Source: Tubiluchus corallicola
Lineage: Eukaryota; Animalia; Priapulida
Length of the DNA stretch: 35,333 nt
Assembly (NCBI GenBank): GCA_030141605.1
Contig: JAQGDQ010000713.1
Location: forward strand, 1 to 35,333
Reading direction: 5' to 3'
The translations under genes were made by a program, and so were the position numbers. Every line of letters begins with the position of its first letter. Within the stretch, counting starts at the first letter, position 1. This document shows, one piece after another, positions 1-15,170 of the stretch. Below the pieces are notes generated by a model that did no database searches, was not told the DNA's origin, and saw nothing but the letters and a program-made list of their open reading frames with translations.

Positions 1-63
<63 letters not shown>

Positions 64-66
64 TCT
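1..66. repeat. (TC)n microsatellite
   Basis: Near-pure TC dinucleotide run at the window start. Confidence 0.97.
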
Positions 67-1127
67 ACTGGTACTGTACTTGGTTCTCTTTAGCATTACA
101 AATGTACAGAACGTTCACGTTTTTATGTGGTTATGCTTTTGTTATAACTAATAAAATAAGCTTTTGTGTAATAACAGGCATATAGGTCTATATACACTAG
201 GCGCTATCAAGCAGTAATACAGGTAACTCTATAACATCCCTTGATTAGATTTTATAAAGACGTACAATAGCGCTATTTTTTCTAATTTTGATGACGTGGG
301 TCATTTCCCGCGTTACAAGCATTATTTCACCAGGTGTGCGTGTAAGAAAGCACGGCCATTGAAAAATAAAGCAGAAATGTATTACCTGTAACTTTTGTAA
401 TCCAACTGTCTGATTAATCCAGCCGTAGGTATATCACAGGTAAGCGACTACAAGTAGGTGCACCTTGCACACAGGTATGCACGGATGATTCAGTGTGAAG
501 TGCTCTTATCAATTTAGTATAGATAAACAGACGAAAGTACTTAAGCCGAAAACGCAACTGCCCTACATACCTGTGATTCAGGGGCACACGACGGTAACTG
601 TGTTTTATAAAGTTGGTGCTTGTGGCGGGATAGGAACCTCGCTCATTATTAGCGGTAGTACTGTAAAATGAGCTCCAGTGTGACTGGAGGTATCTCAGCC
701 GAGTTCGGATGCTTGCATGTAATTTCTCATTGAACTGAATAAATGGGGCAGCATAGCAGATGAAACCAACCCGAAGCAGCATTTTCTGGTTACACATACA
801 TTTACTAACCAGGCGTAGCAATACTTAACTTCGGCTGCAGCGTGAGCAAGCTTGCTATATTCCTTTTTTATGTAAACTAAAAATGCAAAAAAGGCAATTG
901 ATAATTTGCCATGCTAAAATCTTAAAAGAATGATTGTTTGTTTGTTTTCGTCACATTAATTATTATCTGGGAAAGTTTATATAAAAATTTACGCTAAATC
1001 TTAATGGTGAGCAGCGCTTACTAAAAAAAGTGAAAAGCGGACATGGATTTGAACCTGAAACCTTTGAATATCAGCACGAACATTTTCCGCATTTCTTTTC
1101 ATTTTCGACAAAGTTTCAAATAAAATC

Positions 1128-1386
<259 letters not shown>

Positions 1387-2015
1387 CATAAAGGTTCATT
1401 TTATTGCAGATAGTTTCAGTTTTTTTCTGATGAAACTCAACAATTTTAGTTGGATATTGAGTAACGCCTCAAGAGCCTCAGATCTCTTAGGCCTACAGAT
1501 CTATAATCGCGTTTGCCCAGTGTGTAATTGAACTTTACTCTGTACTGTGCTTTAGTGTTAGCTACATTTATCACACGGATTTGATCACCATAGCAGGTTA
1601 CTAGTATTGTTCACATAATTATGATCAGATTCTAGCCTTAGTTGCAGTTACTACTGTTTGGCAATTATGTCCTGCTGCCAGGGGGTGCTTTAAAATTAGT
1701 TGGGCCAACTTTAGCGCCATCAGTTGTTCTTTTATATCCTTTGCAATTTAGATTATGGGTCTTTCTACTCTAGCGAGTTTCAGCACGTACAGTGTCCAAA
1801 AGTTTTCCAGGGTGGGTTTAGTTATATCTTTCTAGAAGTTTTATACAACATTACTTCTAACACAAGCTCCCGGAATCAGATAGAGTTTAAACGATACAAA
1901 ATTTTAACATGGTTTTTAGGCTTTGATTGTGAAGAGACGTTTTTTGTGAGTTAGCTGTTCGTATCAGTACCTGCTTCCATTGCTACAATGCTGCATCATT
2001 CAAAGATTTGCAGTA

Positions 2016-2508
2016 CAGTGGACTCTCGTTACAAGAATCACACGTATAAGAATCAGCTCGATATAAGAATCAAAATCGCGTTTCCCGAATTGATTCGGCA
2101 TTTTCCTAGTGAAAATCCGCTCGTATATGAATCACCCTTCTTTCGATAGTAGAATCAATTTTGGCGCCAACTCCATTGTCTCTCACGCCCTGCTTACAAG
2201 GTTCTGCGCAGTGGGCGTGGCGGAAAAAATTATGTGCATTAAAATTTTTTTAAGGCAATTCTGGCATCATGAAATATTTACCCAACCATGAAATGAAAAC
2301 ATTAGTCTAGGAATTTTTAGGTCCTTTTTAGGCCAGAAAAACATTATGCTGTTTCATGTCGTTTCTAGCGTAATTTCGGGAAATAAATAATTTTTATGTG
2401 CATAAAAATTTTTTAAAGCGATTCTGGGTCACGCTCGTTATAAGAATCGCTTGTTATAAGAATCACTTTGCCTTCTCCCGAGGTGATTCTTATAACGAGA
2501 GTCCACTG
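2016..2508. mobile_element. Tc1/mariner (pogo/Tigger-like) MITE
   Basis: TIRs CAGTGGACTCTCGTTACAAGAATCAC ... GTGATTCTTATAACGAGAGTCCACTG, TA on both sides, subterminal TATAAGAATC repeats, no transposase. Confidence 0.9.
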
Positions 2509-4059
2509 TATAACTCATAATTATGCACCTGTTTCTTACCACGTGCAAAGTATTATTTTTATTCAAATTAATAGAAACATTGAGCAAGACTTTCTTTAAG
2601 GCATCCATATTACGTTATTAGCTGTCCTCTTGTTTTGTTCCGATGATTACGAAAATTGTAATAAAGTGCTTCTTGCAATGCTGTAGCGGATGGAAAATGC
2701 TCTGGCGATTTTACGCCTATAACAATTGATATAATTTTATAACATTCTAGTGTCCCTGAATTTGGGCTGTAAGTTGCCTCATTTACGAGTATTGGTAAGG
2801 TTAAATAGACTGTTTTATGCTTGGACATTCTATCAGCAATGTACATCCATAAATTTCGGCAAAAACATTTTTGGGATATGCTAATGTACGGACGACATTA
2901 TAGAAATGAATATAAAACAGACTCCACTCTTTGCAAGGCATAATGCTACAAAGGCATGGTGACATCATCATGCAGCTCTCTACTATGCATTACAGCCAAT
3001 TAAATGAACAATGCATCAAACCAAATACATAATTTTGTGCTATCGTGCAATATTTCACCTGCTCACACTTTATGTTTGCAAAAGAAAATAAATAAAACAA
3101 TGCCCCAGCAATTACATAGTTAATAATTATTATTACTATAATTATTGGAACTTCGTGGAATCAAGGTACGCGTGGAATTTTATTATAGTATCAGTCACAC
3201 AGTCTGGAGCATATGCATTATTCTCGTAGGTTGTCTCTGGAAAGTTAGAACACGATTAATTACAACTTCGATTAAGTCCCCTTTTTGAGATATTTGGAAC
3301 GTTAATGTTATTTTTTGGTGTATGATCCTGTTAAACTTCGTAAATTAGTGTTCTCGCACAACCACTCACTGTCTGTGGTTTAGTTCCTGAAAAAGTTACT
3401 ACGTCCTCCAAGAGACGGCGCGCATCTTAGATAAAATTAAATTAGTCTTCTATTTCAAACCACGGTGCAAATCAAAATGTATCAATTGCTTAAATTTGTA
3501 ACGCACCTTGCATGATTTGTTGCTGTTTTTCACACAAAGAAGTTCAAGTAAAAAGGGGTTTTTGCTAAAATATTTTTATTTTGTAGTTCCTTTTTGGACA
3601 AAATTGCACCATTTCACTTGCCTGTTACCGAAATCAAATGCTAAGTGTCACTGACCCGACAAAGCTGAGTAAGCGTGATAGGTGTTGTTTCCTTTTTTCA
3701 AGTTTTAAACGTTTTCTAACGTTTATCAGTTAGTAAAAGTTTCTGTTTTGTTAGCAATTTTTTTTTAAATTTCTTTTTTTATGTTGTCTGATTTAAAGGG
3801 TTCCAAGTTGCGATTCGAAAGTTGTTTCATGAGGTAAGCACTTGTAGACTTGAGATTTAATTAACAAAACTAAGCGGTCGGTAGTTCACTATTATTTGAA
3901 TTACTCTTGCAATACAGATTACGCTCTTGTCTTGGAATTGTGGCGTTATCGCGAGGAGATCGTTCCATGATGTTAAATTTTAATTAAGTAATAACGTGCA
4001 TCTGACAGTCAATTTGTGCATTCACTGCCTGGCGCACTAGCTAGTTAGCACTAGATATT

Positions 4060-5660
4060 ACAATCTTTATTTTTTAGTTTATTTTTATTCCATTTGCCAT
4101 GACAAAATAATATACAAATATGGTGAAAACACAAAATACCAAATTAAAAAAACAAACATGCAAATAATAAAGTTGATGAATGGATTATTGGGGCTGTCCA
4201 AAAAGAAAACTTGTAAAGGTCAGGCCCAATATGGCAAATAGAAGGAAAAGCATAAGTGCAAGAATAAAAGGTGGTTAATGGGAAGAAAACCAGTATGAAA
4301 AGTGAAAGGATGTGAAAAATAAAAGTGAGAGAACAACAAAATAAAAGTAAAAAATTAGATTTGCATGAGCTAAGAATGTAATAAATGTAAATAAATCAGC
4401 AAGGCAAACACAACTGCAAATGGTGAGAGGAGTCAGATTATGTCCACCCACCTACAAAGTTTCTTTTACTTCTTCTTCTTATGGAGTATGGTCCATTCTT
4501 GTTCTTCTTTGTGTGTGATATGAAACATTACAGATTATAAATGTTTGAATTATGGTCCATAATAAAGAGTTTGAGGCTTTTTTTATGCTTATAAATAATA
4601 TGTTCTGATTTGATATGATTAGGTAGATAGTTCCAAATTAATGGTTCAGTAAAGGAAATGATATGCTTAGCAACGTTCGTACGGACTTATGGAAGAAAGT
4701 ATTGATTAAATCATGTAGATAGTTCCAAATTAATGGCCCAGTAAAGGAAATGAAATGCTTAGCAACGTTCGTACGGACTTATGGAAGAAAGTATTGATTA
4801 AATCATGTAGATAGTTCCAAATTAATGGTTCGTAAAGGAAATGAAATGCTTAGCAACGTTCGTACGGACTTATGGAAGAAAGTATTGATTAAATCATGTA
4901 GATAGTTCCAAATTAATGGTTCAGTAAAGGAAATGAAATGCTTAGCAACATTCGTACGGACTTATGGAAGAAAGTATTGATTAAATCGTGAATTATAAAA
5001 TCTTGCATTCAGTTTAACAGGATTTTTGAAGAACTTGGGTAATAATTTGCTATTAGTTTTATACATGAAAATTTTAATATTATGAAACACTGTTATCAGC
5101 AGACAAGATTGTTTAAAGAAAGAGTTAAAAAATGCTGGAGCGAATTTATTTAATCCAAAATATAAACTAACAAATTTTCTTTGAAGACAACATAAAGGGT
5201 TAAGATTTTCGTGTATATAGCTCCCCACAGTGAACTAACATATTTAAATAAGGATAGACTAAAGAATAATAAAGAGTAAGTATATGTGATTTGGACAAGT
5301 TGTATTTAAAATGGGACATAATACCTACATTTTTGGCTATTTTTAGACTAATCGTTTTTATATGAGAGTTCCAGTTCAGATGTTCATACAAAACTACACC
5401 TAAAAATCTGGTAGACTGAACACCTTCTCTAGGAATGCCATCAATATAAAGACTACAACGTTAAGGAATCGGTTTACTTTTGGAGCGAAATAGAATGTAT
5501 TCAGTTTTAGAGGGATTAAGAGATCATTTATTGGGTTTGAAACAGTTAGAAATGCCTGTTTAACTAGTAACTAGTAACTACACTATTTACGCTAGTAATG
5601 CTGAACAAACTGAAGAAGAGTGTGGTGCCATCAGCAAACTGTATAATATTTGCACAAGTA
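4060..5660 (-). mobile_element. Decayed 3' part of a CR1/L2-like LINE
   Basis: ORF 5200-5391 (HLNWNSHIKTISLKIAKNVGIMSHFKYNL...TLYYSLVYPYLN) is typical of the post-RT region of CR1/L2-group ORF2. A FADGT (FADDT-like) remnant lies near 5625-5640. Multiple frameshifts; boundaries approximate. Confidence 0.8.
4623..4987. repeat. 92-bp tandem repeat x4 inside the LINE remnant
   Basis: GTAGATAGTTCCAAATTAATGG recurs at 4623, 4715, 4807 and 4898. Confidence 0.93.
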
Positions 5661-6164
5661 AAAATGTTTTTTTAATAATAATAATAAATTTATTCCGAAG
5701 TGTAAATACAAATACAATATCAAGAAACACTGGGAAAAAATAGATATTAATAATAATGATTATATGACAGTGTGCATATAATAAATGGCAAGAACCAGAA
5801 GTAAAACTTGTTAGGTGCTTGCACCATTATAAACACGTCCAAATAATGAGAAAAAAAGAACAAAAAAAACGAAGGTTTTTAGGCAATTTAAAAAAAGAGT
5901 TGTGCAAAGTAAGGATAGAAGTGATGGATAAAAGAATGTTCAAAGGGGTAGGAAGAGTGGCTTGTGGAGATTTGGTTCATGAGATGACGAAGCACTCTGG
6001 ATTCTACTCAAAAAGAACACAAAGTTGTGACTGTTGTGTCACACAGGAACAGTAGGTGGTTTATGTGGTTATGAAGGCGATATATCAGATGTTTTTATAT
6101 CGTTCATATAAAATCAAAAATATAGTAAAAATAAAAGTAATACTTGAGTTCTACTTTTTGCAGG

Positions 6165-6230
6165 ATGTTGCCAGCTGTATTGCAGAATCCGGGAACAACT
6201 TTTAGTTCCTTGCTGACTTAGGCAGGAAAG
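6165..6230 (+). other. Candidate 5' UTR exon of the PI3K gene
   Basis: Acceptor ctactttttgcag| and donor AAG|gtattg. A further upstream donor GAG|gtaagc lies at ~3833. Splice-signal inference only. Confidence 0.35.
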
Positions 6231-6316
6231 GTATTGCAACTTCTGAGAGTTTTTTTTTTCATTTTTTAGTTGTAAGACTTGTTTGAATGTTTACTCGATG
6301 CAAAAATATAGATTAA

Positions 6317-7688
<1,372 letters not shown>

Positions 7689-8172
7689 TTAATGTTTTGT
7701 ATAAAAACTTACCTCGGCTATTTTAGAGTCCATTTTAGAGTGAGTGTGGCTCAGAATGACGCATGATGCAAAACATCTTAATTTTTTGTATTTTGTTGTG
7801 GGTTGACCGTGCAGTCTCTTGCTCATTGAAACCCTGTTGCCGCAATAAGCTGCTTATATTGCTGCATTTTTAGATAGTGCAACGATCAGTAGGAAGCAGG
7901 CACTCTTGCTTTTTTGGTTTTCGTGTAAACACTGCATTAGAGCTATAGATAAATGTACAGTGTGACATCTGAAATATGAATGACCTTGTAAAGTCAACTG
8001 TTTGCATAACAGTGAGTTCAAAATTTGAAATTGTGACCTTAAAATTTGTGGTTTTCATTGTCAGTGCGATACGGCAGTGCCGTATTCTAGTACTCGCTCT
8101 TGCAAAGATTCCTGCCATTGTCGCTTATCGAGGACATGATCAGTGGTAGTTATTTTTGCATACGATGTAGCA

Positions 8173-8665
8173 GAGGGATGAGAATTTTCCGCGGATACAT
8201 GGAATTCCGAGTTTTTGGAAAACCAGTAGTGCCATTTTTGTAAATCACGTAAATTCGTTGAGAAAATTTTTGCGGACCCAGTACATTATTTCCCAAGCTG
8301 ACCGCTAGTTGGCAGGCTGTCACTTTGTTTACATCACGTACATCAGTGTAACCACGTGTACATCTCTATGCATAAAAATATACAATCAATTGTGCGGAGT
8401 TATTTGAATCAATTGCAGACAGTTTTTATATACTTTTGCATAGGAGCGGCCAGTACTTAGGCGTTTTTGAGACAATTAGGTATCATGTATCCTAGATAGT
8501 TGGGTATTTTAAATTATGCATGAAACAAGGTAACTGATATTTTAAGTCCACTTAGAGGCTCTCTATGGTCACAAAATTGCAATTTGCTGCCCCCATGGGA
8601 GCCTACGCGGCCTCCAAACCCCGGCCTGTTTCAGAGTTTTTTGCAATTTGTCATTCTCATCCCTG
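8173..8665. mobile_element. hAT-like MITE
   Basis: TIR (G/C)AGGGATGAGAAT ... ATTCTCATCCCTG; 8-bp TSD ATGTAGCA / ATGTAACA (7/8 match). Confidence 0.75.
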
Positions 8666-8798
8666 ATGTAACATTCAAGTATGTTTTTGATTTAGACTCT
8701 TGTTGACATGCGTTGATCATGCTGTGCCACTTCGTCATCATACATAAGTTGTATAAAATAATGATGAAAATGTGTCAATAGCCACATTTATCAAGTAC

Positions 8799-8942
8799 GA
8801 ATTTGACAATTTTTTTTATAATTTGACATACAATTGTCGATAGGGTCCGAATTTGACAATTTTTTTATAATTTGACATACAATTGTTGATAGGGTATGAG
8901 TTTGACAATTTTTTTATAATTTGACATACAATTGTTGATAGG
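8799..8942. repeat. ~49-bp tandem repeat x3 ending at the probable acceptor of the PI3K ATG exon
   Basis: GAATTTGACAATTTTTTTATAATTTGACATACAATTGTYGATAGG repeated three times. Confidence 0.88.
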
Positions 8943-9059
8943 AGGCAGACTGGATACCTAAACTGCTTGGAACTTTTAACTGGTTAACGATGCCTGGGCT
9001 TTGCGCAGTTTGTGACATTCACAGTTGCTGTTTGAGTCACCGTTGCTAAAAGTTGGAAA

Positions 9060-9075
9060 ATGCCGCCATCTTCAG
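9060..9075 (+). CDS. PIK3CA: PI3K p110alpha-like, first coding exon (MPPSS-G)
   Basis: aaaATGCCGCCATCTTCAG|gtacat. The phase-1 join to 10241 gives MPPSSGELWG, matching the p110alpha N-terminus (human MPPRPSSGELWG). Confidence 0.88.
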
Positions 9076-9559
9076 GTACATAATGTAATAACTACTAGGT
9101 TTAGGATGATAATTACAGACATGCCAGTCTCATTAGGCCCGTTTCATGTAGAGAAAAGCATACGAAGCAATGCATGATGTAATCTGTAAACCATGTGGTG
9201 TCTTTTCTTTTTTTCTCCTCATCTCCTAAGTAATTGTTGCTCTTTCTCATACTTACTTTTTCTCATAAATTTTTCCATATTACACTTTTTTGATGCTTAT
9301 TTTTTTCTTTCCATACTCTCAGTTTTTAACTTTACTCACTAACCTTGGTCAAATTCCCCTGTTAATAAGACCCCATTTGAAACTAATACATATAATAATC
9401 CTAATTACTGAATAATTGTATTGTTTTGTTTAGATTTAGGTATCTAACTTTATTATTTTTTGTTTTCAGTTCTTTTTGGACAATTTGTATCATTTATACC
9501 GTTTTTATTATTATCGTTTTCTTATTTGTTTTTCTTTTTGTTATCTGCAGCATCACCGT

Positions 9560-9710
9560 TAATTTTTAATATGACTAATCTATTTGTAAGAAAGGGCAGG
9601 AGACTAGATGACCCTATGGTCCTTCCCTGCCCTGCTATGTGATTATAATTACTTTGATTTAAAAAACTTTTGATGTTAAACTAATTGGAGAAAATAAATG
9701 TTCTATGTCT
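9560..9710 (+). mobile_element. Probable LINE 3' tail remnant
   Basis: Hairpin AGGGCAGG...CCTGCCCT followed by AATAAA, as seen at CR1/L2-type 3' ends; no coding remnant recognised. Confidence 0.35.
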
Positions 9711-10240
9711 TCCATCCCCTGTAAGGTGTGTATCATAATCCGTACTCTGTAGAAATAGTATTTTGCTATAGTTTGTTTTGGCAATACATTTTGTAACTAC
9801 TTTTTGTAGTATTATCGTTTAATCTGCAAATTAAGAAAGACATACATAAAGTTTGAGACAAATAAGTCGAAACAAAGTATTGTGTATCAAAAAATACTCA
9901 AACGCAAAACACATAGCTAATTAAATAGTAAAAATGTAACCTAAAATATTATAGCAATTTTTTCTGACGTGTGAATGCAAATTTTCAAGTTAAAAAAAGG
10001 AGTGGTGTAATTTTCTTAACTACTTACATCATTGCAGCATATAGTTGGCTCAAAGATGTGTTCATCTTTCATGAGGCAACATTTTTCCTCTTACGGATTT
10101 TACGGAGTTACACCTGTGACTGACACCTTCTGTCATTATTTGTTAGTCTGCGCAAAATGATTTGCACTGTATGAATATGGAAGAAATTTGCTGCGCTTGT
10201 TTTAAGATTAGTAGGTGTTCATAATTTTTTTCTATTTTAG

Positions 10241-10382
10241 GAGAGCTATGGGGTCATCATCTTATGCCCCCGCAGATAAAGGTGGACTGTCTTCTGCCCA
10301 CTGGTATAATCATTACCATATCAGCCAATCGCGATGCTGCGCTAAAGAAGATCAAGGCTGACCTATGGAAAGAAGCTAAAAA
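10241..10382 (+). CDS. PIK3CA: PI3K p110alpha-like, coding exon 2 (adaptor-binding domain)
   Basis: ttttag|GAGAG...; translates [46 protein letters not shown]; donor AA|gtacgt. Not present in the ORF track. Confidence 0.95.
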
Positions 10383-10435
10383 GTACGTAACAGTAGAGTT
10401 TAATAGATATTAAATGATCACGTCTCTGAAATTAA

Positions 10436-12810
10436 AGGGGGAATATCATGAAAATCATGTTAAACATATTTTATAATTGCCTTCCCCAGGAACAACTTGG
10501 CGAATTTTTGTAGCAGGACGTTGCCTAATTAATGAGTAATTAACTTTTTTGTATCTCACGGGAAACGCCATGGAGCTGCACTTACGCCTCTCTCGGTGAA
10601 AAAATTGAACTAGCGCAGCTCATGCTGATGAGGTAACAGAGTGTAAACGCAGGCTGTTGTGATACTGTTGTACACGACTGGGCTAAAAATAAAGCTGTTA
10701 TTACTACATTACAGCATTTGACCTTGGTTCGGATGGGTAGTCAGTTGATAGAAATGATTGTCGCTGCGATCGTTAACATGTTTTCATCAAAAGCGATATT
10801 TTACTTCCGTCGAAAGTTATAGGTCCATTATAATAGAGTGTAAACAATCATTGCGCAAAAGCAAGGTGGCCTATAGCATATTGTGAAAATTCTTGTGGCA
10901 CTAATTGAAAACATCGTCAGCAATACAAGCTGCAAAAGTGTGGGCCTTGGTACAAAAGTTCTTTTCTTGTAAAACAAGTCCGATAAAGTAACTTCATGCT
11001 GCTAGAAGAATTAATGAATTTGTAAACACAGAGAAACTCACTGAAGCATAATTATAATTCTAGTGTGACAATTTTTAGTGACAGCTTCATTTTATCAGCC
11101 TCGACAAAAAATATGTGAACCCCATGGACACAGAGACTATAACATATTAGCTGTAGAATTAGTGATTAAACGTATATGAACATTTTTAACTTTGTCGTGT
11201 TTCAGTTAGTGAAATCAGTAGGACTTTTAATACCAAGCAGAACTTTAATTGTTTTGTTTTTACATAACAACATGCTGTGTTTACTTTTACGCAGCAGTGA
11301 TATTAAAATATTAGGATTAGATAAAATTCTTGTGGTTAGTTGGACTGAAATAAAAATTAATGAAAATAATAGATTTATTATTAATATAATTATTAACTGC
11401 TTTTACAAAATAAAAAAACTAGCGGTATAATGTTATTCTGACACTCATTCTACTACAAAGTTGAAAAAAGTATATGTAGTACAAAATACTCTAGTACAAC
11501 GCTCTTTGTGGTACACAAATTACCAAATACAGTCAACTCTCGTTAAACCGGACTAATTGGGGGGGGGGGGTTATGGTCTGGTTTACCGAATTGTTCGATT
11601 TATCCGATATGCCTATATATGGTCTATACTGTACAGGAATAATCACCTTAATAAAGCCTATATACGTTGCACTATATACTATACTGTATATTACTTTAAA
11701 ATAGTCAACCTGTGAGGATAAAGAAATCATTGTACAGTTGGTAGGCCGTGTTGTGTTTAGCGCTCCGGCTCGGACAGAAATCGGTCAGTTTCCTTTACCA
11801 CGGACGACGTCCGTCTTACCCGATATCCGGGCTAACGGGGTCCGGTTTAACGATTGTCGACTGTATACTGAAGTCATTGTTTATGGTATAAGGATTAACA
11901 ATTTGCAGTTGTCTGTTTACGATTTACAATGTTTTTTCTTTAGTTAGTATTCAAAATTCAGAAGAAAGCATCATAGAAAAAATTTTAGCACAAAAAATTG
12001 CATTACATAATGTAATTGTGATATTTTTATTGAAATGGATACAAATCTCGAGACGACTAAACTGCATAGATAAACTATGCACTTGGGCTTAAAATGAAAC
12101 AAAAAAGACACTACAAAAAACTGAATCTGACTGAATCTCTCAGAAGTGTAAGCACAATATTTTTAACACTAGTGTGCATCATGTTCTAAACTCACGTTTC
12201 AAAGCAAACAGCCAAGAAATTATCACACGGGTTGTAGGAATGAATCCAGGTTTTTAGATCGTACTTTCGTTGGTTCAATAAATTTCTGTTGCTCATTGGA
12301 AACTAAAAGTTATTATGTTTCGGCTTCGTATTTCGATACTTTCCGTCTGACTGCTGCATCCCATCTAATTGCTGAATCCTAGTGTAATACATTCCACGAC
12401 CGTTTTTCAATAAGAACAATTAAGACCGAAACGCAGCAAATCACGCATTCAATTCACAGTAAGCTAATCTTTACCGTGATACCGTCACTAGGTATAAACT
12501 GTGTAAAAGTACTGTATGCTGAACGCTGTTTGTCCGTGCAAACAAATGCTCGAACAAGTGTTTTGTACAGTGGTTCTCCCCTTGGGCATTTTGCCAAGTT
12601 TCATCTGTAGTACGGCAATTTCGCCACCAGAGGCGCAGATGCATGCTCAATGGCGGCCTAGTCAACTGTTCGTCTTGTGTACATTTTTATCCGAACTTTT
12701 GCCAAGGATTCTTAAACATGAAATTTTCGTGAAGAAACAGGTACGTATTCGTATTCACAATATAATCGCGAGTTATTCGAGCTCAACTTAATTTTGGTGA
12801 TATTCTCCCT
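10436..12810 (-). mobile_element. TTAA-flanked Kolobok-like DNA transposon (decayed)
   Basis: TTAA-AGGGGGAATATCA ... TGATATTCTCCCT-TTAA (12/13 TIR). The minus strand at ~12230-12445 shows THAP-like remnants (VICCV, RWDAAVRRK, PGFIPT). Confidence 0.72.
11530..11863. mobile_element. Tc1/mariner (pogo-like) MITE nested in the Kolobok-like element
   Basis: TA-CAGTCAACTCTCGTTAAACCGGAC ... GTCCGGTTTAACGATTGTCGACTG-TA (21/24). Confidence 0.85.
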
Positions 12811-12926
12811 TTAAGTATGTATTCTTTTGTTCTTGTTGTGCTTTATCTTACAAATTATGCCGTTATACCTTTCAGATTTCATCATATTTTGTACATGAAC
12901 GTTGTGCGCATGCTGTTTATGCTTAA

Positions 12927-13947
12927 CCCTTTCACTCCCAAATTATTTTTGTAGTAAGAAAAAATTTTTTGGCTTGGTACTTTTGTTCAGTATGTCCATC
13001 TTGTTTTACCGTATATACTCGCATATAAGCCGAATTTAGAACTGTAAAATACAATACTGAAATCAGGGGGTCGGCTTATATGCGCATGAAACAAAATGAA
13101 GGAGTGTGTGGAGAAGGAGATCTTCGAGCGGTTTGAAGCCCAGAGACAAAATGGATATGACTTTTGATTTATCATGTCCAGAGACAGGACAATGATTTTG
13201 AAGGTTTCTAATTATTTTTAAGAACACTACGTTAAATTATAAACAGAAATGTTATAATTTTTTGTGAATAAATAGAAAACAAAATATTTTCTTCTTTATT
13301 CATATCAAAATGTATAATTTCTTCTATTTCTTCTAGTATGTAACATAAAAGTAAGCATTTTACATCTTTATAGTAAAAAATTTCTATGAACCAAAAATAC
13401 CCCAATTAACAAAATGTGACAAAAAGGGATCAATTTTGTTGATTGGCTATGGAGTAAAATTAGACAAGTTGATGGTCGGCTTTTATACGGGTTTTTGCAA
13501 AAACTGGCCATTTTAAAGCAGTTTTAGGGGGTCGGCTTATATGCGATGTAGGCTTATATGCGAGTATATACGGTAATTGTTTTTTTCTACCTGTGCCTGT
13601 GTGCTAAATATAGCCTGTATCCCACGGGATACATTGGGATTCAATGGAAGCATAAAATGTGCTTTATTTTGCAACTGCTGATAATATTTTAAAGTATTTA
13701 AGACATTTAGCATGCATGCTATGCTGATCTGTACAAAGTCGTCTCTAAAGTACTGTACCTTGCGCAGTTTTTTATGCCATGTAGATTTTTTAGTTTGCCA
13801 TTTTATCACCATTTTTAGTCTATTGTTATTGGCTTAAATCAAAATAATTACTAACAGATCAAATAACTGTGTCAGTTTTAAAATTTTATTAATTTTAAAG
13901 GCAGAAAATATTCTCGTATCCCACGGGATACAACGGGTATGAAAGGG
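12927..13947. mobile_element. piggyBac-like non-autonomous element
   Basis: TTAA-CCCTTTCA ... TGAAAGGG-TTAA; internal near-palindrome GTATCCCACGGGATAC at ~13617 and ~13916. Confidence 0.75.
13009..13573. mobile_element. Tc1/mariner (pogo/Tigger-like) MITE nested in the piggyBac-like element
   Basis: Perfect 23-bp TIR CCGTATATACTCGCATATAAGCC, flanked by TA. Confidence 0.92.
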
Positions 13948-14009
13948 TTAACATTTCATTAATATTCAATATAATTAAAAGAATTTAATTACATTCGTGC
14001 TCCTATAAG

Positions 14010-14197
14010 GTTTCCTCTCTACCACTTGCTGGCCGAGCCCTCTTCCTACATCTTCATCGGAATTACTCAGGATGCAAAGCGGGAGGAGTTCTACAACGAG
14101 GAGCGCAGGCTGTGCGACCTGCGTCTCTTCCAGCCCATTCTCAAGATCGTCGAGCCGGAGGGAAACAGAGAGGAGAAGATGCTTAATTACGAAATAG
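14010..14197 (+). CDS. PIK3CA: PI3K p110alpha-like, coding exon 3
   Basis: ataag|G TTT...; [63 protein letters not shown]|gtaatg. Strong recalled similarity to p110alpha residues ~55-118. Confidence 0.97.
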
Positions 14198-14217
14198 GTA
14201 ATGGGTTAATTGTCTTT

Positions 14218-15170
14218 GTAATGAATATTGATGATCATGATGATGATGATGATGACTGTGACAGTGACGACAATGTGCAGGTTATCCACGAACATTTCAT
14301 ATCATACATGTTATTAAACTCTTATCAAAAATTGTAAAAATTGTAATGAATAATATTGATGATGATGATGATGATGATGATGACTGTGACAGTGACGACA
14401 ACGTGCAAGTTATCCACGAACATTTCATATCATACATGTTATTAAACTCTTATCAAAAATTGTAAAAATTGTAATGAATAATATTGATGATGATGATGAT
14501 GATGACTGTGACAGTGACAACAATGTGCAGGTTATCCACGAACATTTCATATCATACATATTATTAAACTCTTATCAAAAATTGTAAAAATTTTAATGAA
14601 TAATATTGATGATGATGATGATGATGATGATGACTGTGACAGTGACAACAATGTGCAAGTTATCCACGAACATTTCATATCATATACATATTATTAAACT
14701 CTTATCAAAAATTGATGATGATGATGGTGATCGTGATGGAGATGATGGAGATGCTGGTGATGATGATGATGACTGTGACAATTATGACAATGTGCAGGTT
14801 ATCCACGAATATTTCATGTCATACATATTATTAAACGCTTATCAAAAATTGATGATGACTACAACAGGTGATGACGATGGTGATCGTGATGGAGATGATG
14901 GAGATGCTGGTGATGATGATGATGACTGTGACAATTACGACAATATGCAGGTTATCCACGAATATTTCACGTCATACATATTATTAAACGCTTATCAAAA
15001 ATTGATGATGACTACAACAGGTGATGACGATGGTGATCGTGATGGAGGTGGTGGTGATGATGACGACGACGACGACGACGATGTGATGACGATGATGTTG
15101 ATGATGATGATGACGACGACGACGGTGGTGGTGGTGAAGGTGACGATGATGCTGATGATAACAATGATAT
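14218..15170. repeat. ~120-140-bp tandem repeat with embedded (GAT)n microsatellite (intronic)
   Basis: About six units of (GAT)n-GACTGTGACA...GTTATCCACGAA...CTTATCAAAAATTG, decaying into GAT/GAC/GGT repeats. Confidence 0.92.

Noticed and set aside
414-860. 135 aa minus-strand ORF
   Set aside because: Non-ATG start and no recognisable motif; probably repeat-derived, but I could not define termini.
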